Shown here: positions 24,660-36,044 of the stretch, in pieces | Layout: every line of letters starts with the position of its first letter | Numbering within the stretch: the stretch's first letter is position 1 | Assembly: GCF_030028105.1 (NCBI RefSeq) | Contig: NC_092376.1 | Span: 69,488,935-69,552,934, forward strand | Length of the DNA: 64,000 bases | Reading direction: 5' to 3' | Source of the DNA: Mobula birostris | Lineage: Eukaryota | The notes under the pieces: generated by a model | Told to the model about the DNA's origin: nothing | The model's database searches: none | The model's input: only the letters and a program-made list of their open reading frames with translations | Translations under genes and position numbers: made by a program

Positions 24660-26879
24660 ATTTTGTTTGGACATTTGAGCACCTGCAAGGTCATGTTATT
24701 CAGTGTAATGTTGAGGAAAAGAAGAATTGTTATGGTTTTGGAGTGGAAGTTGCTATGGAAGCAAGTTGTAGTGAAGGTTGGAGAAAGTTGATAAAGAGAT
24801 TGTTTAGCTTCTTTCATAATGTATATATGATTCTCGTCAGTCTGATGATGGTGCTGAATTTAGCAAACAATGGAGCCATGTTGACACCTCTCCAAAATAA
24901 GAGTGTTTCAGCAATTCAGCTGTTGAGGCCTATGATAGCAAGACCAGAGGTTTAAATTATGATGATGTGCCACATACTTTTTTACCTTCCAGATTTCAGC
25001 AGGACTTAGAGGGTAGTACAGTTGATAAGAGTAAGGTGTATGAGAAAGGTTTGTCTTTATCGAGGAAAGAGTTTATAGAGGAACAGAAGCGAGATTCTGA
25101 AATGGTGGCTTTAAAGGAGATAGCTCTCACAGGAGAGGAGGTTCAGAGAGAGTCAGTGGGATATTTCCTTCAAGATGGGGTGTTGATGAGGAGGTGGAGA
25201 CCAGCCACAATGCTTGCAAGTCACATGGTGGTTCTGGAAGGTTACAGGGCTGAAATTTTAAACATGGCTTACAGTATGCTTTTAGGTGGACATCATGGAG
25301 TGAGAGAGACAGTGAATAGGATTGTGAAGGAATTTTACTGGCCTAGTTTAAGGAAGGATGTAGTGAATTGTGTGGGCCCATTGTGAAAGACTGCAGCTGG
25401 TTATCAATATGTGTTAACAATTGTGTGTGGCGTGTCTAGGTTCCCTGAAGCAGTAGCTTTTGAAAACATTGAGGCCAAGACTCTGGTAACAGCATTCAGT
25501 AAGTTTTGCACACTGGTAGTTCTGCCCAAAAAAATTCAATTTGACCAGGGTAGTAACCCTATTTCGGGAACATTCCAGGGGATAGAGAATTAGAAGCTAA
25601 GCACATGGTGTCATCTACGTATCACATAGAGTCCAAGGGAGCCTTGGAACGGTTTAGCTCAACTCTTAAGACCATGATTAAAGCACATTGTGTGAGAAAT
25701 GGGAAAAATTGGGATGAGGGATTCCCCTCCTCTTATTTATTGTTGGAGATTTGATTCAGAAGACAGTGAAGGGTAGCTTGTTGGAACTTGTATTCAGTTA
25801 CAGGCCAAAATGAACTTTGACCCTACTCAGAGATCTATGGTCTGAGTTAGAAATATGTGTCAGTGTGCTTAAGTATGTTTTAAAATTCTGGGAAAGATTT
25901 AATAGGCTTTGTGACTTTGCCAAGGAAAGTTTACAAAATGGTCGAATCAAAATAAGACACTTGTTTGCTAGAATTGCAACTGGGAGAATTGTTATGGAAC
26001 AAAATGGAGTCATGGAATCTGATAATGGAGTGGAAAAACATGTTTACCCACTAGATCTAGTCTCACCCAGATGTCAGAATTCCATTGTTTTGGAAAATAT
26101 TACCGATAAGGTCCATCAGTTGGACCCAAAACCACAAAAACAAGTGAAAGGACTAATTGGGATTTTGAAATGGTGCACAGGTGCAGTGCATCACATCATT
26201 ATAAATTCAGCCCAGCCTATGAAATGGCACCTTCACAGACTGAACTTTGAGGAAAGTAAAATGGTTGAAGAAGAAATTAGAAACAAGAAAGAACAAGGAA
26301 AGAGAATGGATGACTGTATTGATAGAGTGGGGAAGGCTAAATACCTTATTAAGATTGACTTGTTAAAAGGATACTGGGGTGTTCCTTTAACAGAGAGGGC
26401 TAAAGAGATGTCAGCATTTGTGACACCGTCTAGACTGTATGAGTACAATGTTTTACACTTCAGGATGGAAAATGCTCCAGGAACATTTCAAAGAATGATC
26501 AATTCTGTGATTGGAGGATTAGAAAGCACAGGAGTTCATATCAATGATTTAGTGGTCTGGAATGACACGTGGGAAGATCATATTGCAGCGGTAGAAAAAC
26601 GGTTTGACAGACTTTCCAAGGGCACTCTTACTGTGAACCTTGCTAAAAGTGAGTTTGGCCATGCCACAGTTGCATATCTGGGTTATGTGGTGGGACAAGG
26701 CCAGCTGGCTTCTGTACAGGCCAAGGCTCAAGCTGTTGCTGAAGTTCCTGTTCTGACCCACAAGAAAGCTTTGAGAAGGGTTTTAGGAATGGTTGGCTAT
26801 TATCATAAGTGTTGTAAGAACTTTGCTGACATTGCTCTCCTCCTAATAAAACTCCTGGGGAAGAGTGAAAGATTTGTAT

Positions 26880-29800
26880 TGTTACGTACCCCGTAACTGG
26901 GTTGGCAAACCAGCAGAAATGGAACACTCGTTGGAGTCTGTGATTACTAGGAACTAATAAAGTTTCGTTAAAGAAATAAGTAATACAGTACACTAACTGC
27001 AAGGATATAAATGTAACAGGTTAGCAATGATAGTATACACATATACACAGAAATAGAGTAATAGGAATCAACCAAACTCTATCACAGTCTAGGGGAAAAA
27101 TGATCAGTCTTAAGGTGAAGCAGAGTTCAGTTCAGTCTAGTGTAGTTCAAAGTAATCGCTGTTGTTGTCCCGTTAGAGAGAGAGAGAGTGAGAGATACAG
27201 TTAGTTTCAGGCAAACCTTCCGATGCCTTCTGATCTCGCTGTGGTCACCGACTGTGACCCCTCCGTTCCGGATGCGATCATTCTTCCCGGCATCCAGGTA
27301 AGGGCGGACACACACCAGGTTCCCACCGATCGTACCTTTACACCCTGTGAGCCTCTGACCGATTCCTGCGAATCGGTCCTCCAAACTCCCACCAACTTGT
27401 GGGGCACAATGCTCTTTCCAGGGTCTCGTGGCATGTGTGTGTGCCTTAGTAAACCCGCTATTTTTATCCCCCGATGGGGTATCACCCGTCCATCAAACTT
27501 CACACTTCCTATTGTCTCAGCAGGATTTGTTAGTGAAAAGTTCAGGTTCAAAGCAAACTGTCTGTTGCAGACGCCACATACTGATTTATGTGTCTCTCTC
27601 TCGTTAATCTCTCTCTTATCTCTTATTAGCATTTTGAATGGTTCTCCGTTGTCTCTCGTTACCTCTCTCATTAGCATCATCCGTTCTGCCGCTCTGCTTG
27701 CCTTCACACATGACACCCCCACCCCTAAAAGAATTTTTACCGGCGGTAAAAATTACCGGCATGAATGCACATTATACAATACACACTAATATACAGGTAG
27801 TCATCAGCTGTTATGCTAATACAGAGAACTTTAAATTTTAACACCTGGACAGACAATCAGCAATCACATTGTCGGTTCTTTTTACATATTTTATCTTTAT
27901 ATCAAATTCCTGTAATACCAGGCTCCAACTTAACAAGCGTTTGTTTTTATTCTTCCTTGTGGTCAAAAACACTAATGGATTGTGATCAGTGTAAATGGTT
28001 TCTGTGCCGGACAAATATAAACCTCAAAATGTTGTAATGCCAGAATGATTGCCAGTAATTCCTTTTTGCACAGTGGAATAATTTCTCTGCTGGACATTAA
28101 ACTTCTTAGAAAAATAAGCCACTGGGTGTTCAATTCCCTCCTTGTCTGTCTGCAACAGCACCGCCCCTGTTGCTTCGTCGCTAGCATCTGTTGCTAGGGA
28201 GAAGGGTTTTGAAAAGTCAGGCACGTTCAATACAGGGTGGTGACACAGAATCACCTTCAGACTCTCAAAGGCTTGTTGTCAAAGATCGTTCCACACAAAC
28301 TTCGCATTCTTCGGCAAGAGCTTAGTAAGAGGGAGGGTAATATCCGCAAAGTTTTTGCAAAACTTCCGATAGTACCCCACCATCCCCAAGAACCTTCTCA
28401 GGGCTCTCTCGTCCGTGGGGATGGGAACTTCAGAGATAGCCTGCACCTTAGCCTGCATCGGTGCCAGCTGCCCCTGTCCTACCACATACCCCAGATAAGT
28501 GACCTTAGCGTGGCCGAACTCACTTTTCGCTGTCAGGTTGGCTTCAGACAGCCATTTAAACAGTTCCTCTACTGCCACAATGTGCTCCTCCCACGTGTCA
28601 CTCTAGACCACCAAATCGCCAATGTACACTTCTGTGTTCTTTAACCCTTTTATCACTGAATTAATCATTCTTTGGAAGGTCCCTGGGGCATTCTTCATGC
28701 CAAAAGGTAAAACATTATACTCGTATAACCAGGATGTAGTGACAAATGCTGAGATTTCTCTAGCCCGGTCGGTAAAAGGAACACACCAGTATCCTTTCAG
28801 CAAATTGATCTTTGTGATGTACTTAGCCCGCCCCACTTTATCGATGCAATTGTCTACCCTTGGGATGGGGTAAGCATCAGTTTTTGTGATGGTGTTCACC
28901 TTTCTGTAATCTGTACAGAATCGTATGCTCCTATCGGGTTTTGGGACAACCACACAGGGAGAGGCCCATTCCGATTTGGAAGGCCTAATAATACCTGTGG
29001 CTAGCATGTGTTCAATTTCTTTCTCCACTAGCTTGCCCTTCTCCAAGTTCATCCTGTAGGGGTGTTGCTTAATAGGCTGATCTGATGTGACAACAACATC
29101 ATGTACCGTCCCCTTGCATCGGCTCGGGGCATCCGGACATACATCTGCATGCCAGTTAATTAGCTTTATCAGGGGCTTGCTCTGTTCAGGAATTAAGTGA
29201 GAGACCTTATCAGCAAAGTTGGCCAAAACAATAGAGTTCTCCAATCTGGTCGGCACCATCTTTATCTTTTCAAGATGGGTTTTCCCCTTATCATTTGGCA
29301 CCCCAGCCTCATTTATTTTTGTGATAACACCGACTAGATCTGCTTCTCATCGTGGTAAGCTTTTAACATATTAATATGCACTAATTGTGTCGGCTTATGT
29401 CTGTCCGGCGTTTCAATAACATAATTCAAAGAGTCTATCTTTTTAATCACTTTGTACGGACCGTGGAATCTCGCCTGGAGGGGGTTGGTTACCACTGGTT
29501 CCCTTTTTATTTCTGCTTCAGAGCGAGCTGTCTCCATCAAAACCATCAGCTCCTCATCTCGTTCCTGTGCCTGTATAAATTCCTTCCTCGCTAATGATAA
29601 ATCTACCTCAACTCCCTCACTTCCTTCCGCTCCACTATGCTCCTTCTTCTCACTTTCTAACCCCTCCTAGTAGAAGGCTGGTAAAAACGTCTCAGCTAAA
29701 TCCACATTCGCTTCAGCAGCCTTTCTCGACATGCATCGAGTTACTGCGCAAACGGGATAAACCTGTGAATCCATGGGTAAGTCCTCAGTCCTGTCAGGCT

Positions 29801-32319
29801 TGCTCGTCAGCTTTACTGCTGGGTACATATCTCCACCTGCAAGGTTGTTACCGAGTAAGACCTCCACGTCTTCCATTGATAATTCGGGCCTCACCCCTAC
29901 CGTGACCGGTCCGGAGACCAAGTCACTTTTCAGGCATATCTGGTGTAAAGGTACTGCTTCAGTCCCTTTCCCAATGCCTTTTATCACACTAACCTCTCCA
30001 GTCTCGGTCTCTGCACTAAATTCTAACACCTTCCTTAAGATCGATGATTGACAGGCCCCAGTGTCTCTCCAGATCCGTTCTGGAACTGGGGTTGACCCCT
30101 TCTTCACCGACACCAATCCGGCCGAAGTAAACTTCTCGCACCCTTCCTGAACTCTATCAGACCTCTTCTCCCCTAGCGGTTTGTTTGCCGGCTCAATACA
30201 GCCAGTCGGAGTCATTGTTTTTCCTTTCCCCGCCTCCTTTTTTCCGGCAAAACACCTGGACGCAATGTGACTGGCTTTCCCACAATTATAGCATACGAAA
30301 CCAGGAGACTTCCTACCAAACTGCTTCCCGTCTTCCTTATTCTTCTCACTAGTCCCCGGCTTACTTTCTGGCTTTGCCAGCGGACTTTCTCCGCCCTCTC
30401 GACTACCCTTCTGCTAGCTCTTACTCAGGGTAAATTTTGCTTTGTGTGTTAACGCATACTCATCCGCTAACTTAGCAGTTGCGGCTAAGGTTTCTGCCTC
30501 TTTCTCATCTAGATAGGGCCTCATACCTTCAGGGACACAAGCTTTAAATTGCTCAATCAGTATTAGCTGTAGCAGTCTGTCATAATCCCCAGTGACCCCT
30601 TTCGAGGCGCACCAACACTCACAATACATCTGCATGTCACGGGCAAACTCTAAATACGTGCGGCCTCACTGCTTCCTCACATTCCGGAACCTTTGCCGGT
30701 ATGCCTCTGGGACCAACTCATAAATCCTGAGTATAGCCTCTTTTACCACATCATACCTCTGGGCATCTTCTGCTGACAACGCTGAGTAAGCTTGATGAGC
30801 CTTCCCCTTAAGCGCGCTCTGGAGTAAAACAGCCCACTTATCCCTTGGCCAGACCTGACTTGCAGCGACTTTTTCAAAATGTAGAAAGTACCGATCAACA
30901 TCGGTCTCTTCAAATGGGGGAACCAACCTAACCTCCTGGGTCGCCCTGAACCCTCCACCTTGTTCCGGCATTTGGCCCCTCTCTAGCGCTATCCTTATCT
31001 TCTCCAGCTCAACCTCCCTTTCCTTCTGCTTCTCTCTCTCTTCCCATTCTAGCTGCCTTTCTCTCTCTTCCCTTTCTAGCTGCTGTTCTCTCTCTTCCCT
31101 TTCTAGCTGCTTTACTCGGAACTCATGCCCGAGCCTTAATTTTTCCATCTGCAGCTGCACCGCCTCCCCACCAGGTTTACTCATAGACACCACCTCCAGC
31201 TCCCCGTGGGGAAACACACCTTTAGATACATAATGCTCAATGATGGCTCTGTGCATCTCCGCTGTCTTCATTGTCGACTTCCCCTTAAAAAGATTCAACT
31301 GTTCTGCAACAGTCACCAATTCTGATTTCTTGGCATCCTCTAATGCCTCCAAGGTTGGCGCCTTTAGAAATTCTTCAATCTCCATTTCTGCTGTTTGCCC
31401 TTTTTTTCTATTCGGGAATTTAACCCAATCAATTTAATCAGTCCCAATTTTGGCATTCAAAATCCCGGGACGAGATCCCCACTTATGTTATGTACCCCGT
31501 AACTGGGTTGGAAAACCAGCAGAAATGGAACACTCGTTGGAGTCTGTGATTACTAGGGACTAATAAAGTTTTATTAAAGAAATAAGTAATACAGTACACT
31601 AACCACAAGGATATAAATGTAACAGGTTAGCAATGATAGTATACACATATAAACAGAAATAGGGTAATACGAATCAACCAAGCTCTATCGCAGTCTAAGG
31701 GGGAAAATGATCAGTCTTAAGGTGAAGCAGAGTTCAGTTCAGTCTAGTGCAGTTCGAAGTAATCGCTGTTGTTGTCCCGTTAGAGAGAGAGAGAGTGAGA
31801 AATACAGTTGGTTTCAGGCAAACCTTCCGATGCCTTCTGATCCCGCTGTGGTTACCGACTGTGACCCCTCCGTTCTGGATGCAATTGTTCTTCCGTGGTG
31901 AACCAGGCACCCAGGCCACCAGGTTCCCACCGATCGTACCCTGACACCTTGTGAGCCTCTGACCGATTCCCGCGAATCGGTCCTCCAAACTCCCACCAAC
32001 TTGTGGGGCACAATGCTCTTTCCAGGGTCTCGTGGCATGTGTGTGTGCCTTAGCAAACCCGTTATTTTATCCCCCTGATGGGGTATCACCTGTCCATCAA
32101 ACTTCACACTTCTTATTGTCTCAGCAGGATTTGTTAGTGAAAAGTTCAGGTTCAAAGCAAACTGTCTGTTGCAGATGCCACATACTGATTTATGTGTCTC
32201 TCTCTCGTTAATCTCTCTCTCCTCTCTTATTAGCATTATGAATGGTTCTCCATTGTATCTCGTTATCTCTAGCATTAGCATCATCCGTTCTGCAGCTCTG
32301 CTTGGCTTTACACATGACA
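26880..32319 (-). mobile_element. Gmr1-like Gypsy LTR retrotransposon D, nested antisense in C; integrase core deleted
   Basis: LTRs 26880-27715 and 31486-32319. Perfect TSD GTAT. PBS TGGGGATCTCGTCCCGGGAT (tRNA-Pro-like). PPT AGGGGTGGGGG. gag 30666-31385 and 30414-30635, knuckle CYNCGKASHIASRC, protease RDTGACQS, GPY module, RT (IRFCTDYRKVN, LPFGMKNAP), RNase H (ATDASD). Confidence 0.95.
31030..31110. repeat. 27-bp x3 coding minisatellite in the gag of D (QLEREERE repeats)
   Basis: ttctctctcttccc(a/t)ttctagctgc occurs three times in tandem. Confidence 0.85.
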
Positions 32320-34069
32320 GTATGAAGTGATCTTTGCCAGGAGGCATTTGAATGTCTGAAAACCATCCCGTGTTATCATCATGTGCTCAAAGCACCTGAT
32401 TTTTCAAAGCCATTTTCTATAGCAACAGACGCTAGTGACGAAGCTGCTGGGACAGTACTGTTACAGGAAGGAGTGAATGACATTGAACATCCAGTAGCTT
32501 ATTTCTCAAAGAACTTTAAGGTGCACCAGAAAAATTATTCAACTGTTGAAAAGGAATTAATAGCACTCATCCTGATCTTACAACATCCTAAGGTCTCTGT
32601 ACAGAGGCCTCGAAATCTTTCTGTTGCCCAGAGACCACTTGTTTTTTATATGGGTTATAATCCGTTGATGTTTCTAACTAAGGTGAAGGATAAAAATAGA
32701 AGGTTGTTGAATTGGAGTCTGATATTGCAGGAATGTGACTTAAAAATCAAACGTGAAAGATACTGACAATATTATAGCTGATTGCTTATCCAGATATTAA
32801 GTTGGAAATTGAACACATTTTTGCTCTGTCATCTGATGATTTTTTTTTACCTGTATTGTTTCAAACTCTGTAATTTACATTTAGAGAAAAAAAATCGTCT
32901 TCATCAATTTTTTTCCTCTCTGAGGAAGGGGAATGTGAGGGGAACCTGAAGTACCCCTATTAACTGTTGTTTTGAGAAGAGGGAGAGAGTCATTTAACAC
33001 CGACTTGTTTGTAAAAGAGAGAGAAAGATGAAGACTAACTGTTGGACTGTCACTTTAAGAACTGGTTAACTTTTAGATGTCTGCTGAATTGGAGAGAGAT
33101 GGCACAGAGCAGCTCAAAAGTTGCCATGGTGACCGAAGGCAGGTTGTTGATACTTTTTCAAGGACTTTTTGCCTGTTTGAATTTCTTCACAGAGGGAGGA
33201 AGGAGGAGTTACTTGAATGACAGTTGATGTTCAGTACGGGAAGAAAAATAGGAGGTCAGATGATACAGACCTCGGACACATGTTTGGACGCTAAATGAGC
33301 ATTGTTGTGCCCGCAGAAAAGGTAGGTTTTGGAGGATCGGTCAGGTGGATCAATCCATCGCTCTTGCAGTGGAAAGAAGGAGAAGGGATTGACTGGTGGG
33401 GAGTTGTCCATGTGTCCACCCTCGCCTGGGGGATAGCTCCACCACAGAAAACCAGTCACCTTTGTTAAAGTCACAGTCGGTGACTTTTAAAGAATTTTGA
33501 AGGACAATGAGAAGATCGACAGTGTCAGTTCACCTGAAAACTCAAATCTCTCCCTCTCTCTCTCTCCATCACTACTCAACTCAATACTATGAACTGAACT
33601 GAACTGAACTTTACTCATCATCATAAGACTGTATCTTTTTACCCCTAGACTTAAAGAAGCTTGGTTTTTCATACATATATTTCCACACTTACTGATATAC
33701 TTACTTATATATATAATTATTGCTAACCTGTTTGATTTATCTACATTTTACTGTATTGCGTACTTACTAATAAATATTATTAGTTTATAGCATTACTGGA
33801 CTCCAAAGTGTTTGCTGTTTCTGCTGGTTCTTTATTCCCATCAAGGGGTTCGTGACAAGTTCCATCCACTATTTGCATGCCATATCTCCTGTAACAGAGT
33901 CAACTGAAAACGAATTAAGAGAGATACCGGATGATGCCACAGCAGTATTCAAAGATGACATTGGAAACCTCAGACATATCAATGGTAAAATAGAATGCCA
34001 TTTTTGAATACTGCTGTGAAATACCACACTCAAGTATTAGAGTGCCTATCTGGCTCTTTAAACCACCAC

Positions 34070-35100
34070 CAACATCATCATTATGAGGCATTTTGTATGA
34101 TGTTGGTGATCATGGTCTTGACCATGATTGTTCTTGGCAGAATTTTCTACAGAAGTAGTTTGCCATTACCTTTCTCTGGGCAGTGTCTCTACAAGATGAG
34201 TGACCCCAACCATTATCAATATGTAAGGGGGTTTCGATTTTAATGTTACTGCGGAGGCTAATTAAAATGGCGTTTTTGTTATGTTAATCTGGGGAATGCG
34301 GCTTTGTTGTGCTTTAACGCTGAGAAAGTTTGCGCTAGCAGCTTATTGTGGTTTAGAGGGTGATAAGAGGGTGCTATTAACCAATTGGGATAGTTGTTAT
34401 GGTTTTGGTGTATTTGAAGATACTGTATGCACGGGGTTTTGGGGCAGAAGGCTGGAGAGCGAGACAGAGGATGGACCAGGTGCTGTGAGTCCGCTAACGG
34501 GGTCGGACCCCGAGCGGGACGTTCGGCGAGGAGACGGAGACGGAGACGGACTCGTGTGGAGCGTCTGGTCGACCACCGTTGTTGGTCCCAGGTGGCCGGT
34601 CGAGGTGGTCCGAGGGGTCACAGGGTGAAGAAGAAGGTCCTTGAGCTCCAACGGTTTTGTGCACGAAGAGATTGAACTTTGATAAGTGTGGCGCCTTTTA
34701 TTTTCCTTTTATATTTTATTCTCTTTTAATTATATAGTTCCAGTAATATCTATAAACTGTAAATCATTTAATTGCATCTGGTGTAATGTCTGTTATTTGG
34801 GCGGGGTGGGGTACCTCACACAGCATCCACACAAACGAATTACCCAGTTTAGCGGGGCTGAGGCTGTTTCCCTAGATGACAGCGAGCCGAGCGACCCTGA
34901 GGGTGGCCAGGGGGGCTGCAAATACATTTGAAGAGATTGTCTGCCTGTGTCAGTGGTTCCATAACCAAGACTTGTGATATACACCAACTGCTCACACAAC
35001 CATCTGACACCTGCTCCCATGACTTCATGTGATCCTGAGTGGAGGTGGGGTGGGGTCGAAGCAGGTGACTTACAGGCTGGTGGAAGGAAGGAATGCCCGA
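34070..35100 (-). mobile_element. RTE-type SINE/non-autonomous element with (ATG)n tail, split by solo LTR E
   Basis: Collinear with the uninterrupted copy at 55535-55927 (tttctacagaa..g.tttgccatt, gtgacccca.ccat, agagattgtctgcctg). Confidence 0.75.
34222..34920. mobile_element. Solo LTR E (CpG-rich, probably young)
   Basis: TGTAAGGGGG...GGGGGCTGCA termini. Perfect 4-bp TSD AATA at 34218-21 and 34921-24. The host SINE resumes across it. Confidence 0.88.
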
Positions 35101-36044
35101 CTGTCACATTTTATCAGTGATGGAAGTAAATGTCCATAGCTTTGGCATCACATTCCCTTACCAGACGAAAACTATGCACAGATTGGCAGAGAGGCCTTGA
35201 GTGTTGTTTGAGGTGTAAAACATTTCAATTAGTACCTGCATGGGAGAGAGTTTACCCTCACTGCTGATCATCAGCCACTAGTGTCCACTTTCAATGCACA
35301 GAAAGATGTTCCACTAATAGCAGCAGCACAAATGCACAGATGAGTTCTGTTTCTTGGAGGTCACAATTGCAAGATCGAATTCAAGAGGATAATTAGTCAT
35401 GAAAATGCTGATGGATTGTCTTGTTCATCCCTGGAAAAGGAAATACCTGAAAAAGAGGATACTCCTCTTGTTGTAATCTCCCGAACGCAAATCAAAAGTT
35501 TCCCTATTATGGCAGAAATGATCCAAAGGGAAACCAGAAAAGACCCCGCATTGTCTCAGGTCTACATGGCCACCCAAAATGGCCGGAATGTGCAGCAGAA
35601 ACTCCAGTTCCCTCATTTTTGACAGGGGTTGCCAAATGTGGCAATTGAGAGTTGTACCATTCAAGCTGAGAGCTGAAGTGTTGGAGGAACTTACAGTACT
35701 TGCCAGGAATCTAGGCATGGTTAAAATGGAACTGTTGTCTGGTGGCCTGGGTCAGATCAGCAGATCAATCAGCTTGCCATGCACAGTTTGGGATGCCAAC
35801 ATGTCCAGAAGATGTGAAGGGCAGCACCTCTCTGCCTCTGGAAATGGCCTGCATTGCTCTAGCAGAGGATTGACGTTCATTTTGCCAGACCATTCATGGG
35901 CACAAATTTCTCGGGAGTAGTGGTTGCAGCTACAAAGTGGCCAGAAGTGTTCCCAATAACCTCCACTACAGCCTCACATACTGGTGATGTGTTGAGAAGC
36001 ATCTTCTTAAGGACTGGTGTTCCAGAGCACTTAGTCGGTGATAA

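Larger units (their letters stand above)
23058..33857 (+). mobile_element. Gmr1-like Gypsy LTR retrotransposon C (gag-[PR]-IN-RT-RH order), non-autonomous
   Basis: LTRs 23058-23477 and 32934-33857 (TGTGAGGGG...TGACA). PBS-like TGGGACCTGCGACTGGGAT. PPT GAGGAAGGGGAA. TSD AGAT/AGTT. Integrase remnants (GGHHGVRET, FYWPSLRKDV, SRFPEAV, FDQGSN) lie upstream of RT (IDLLKGYW, NAPGTFQRM) and RNase H (ATDASD, NYSTVEKEL). Confidence 0.92.

Noticed and set aside
27207-27789. 171-188 aa ORFs repeated at 31814-32347, as possible env or accessory genes
   Set aside because: They lie wholly within the LTRs of D on both strands, show no envelope features, and have indels between the two LTR copies.
34281-34675. 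GC-rich ORFs or a CpG-island promoter
   Set aside because: Entirely inside solo LTR E, which is bounded by TG..CA and an AATA TSD.
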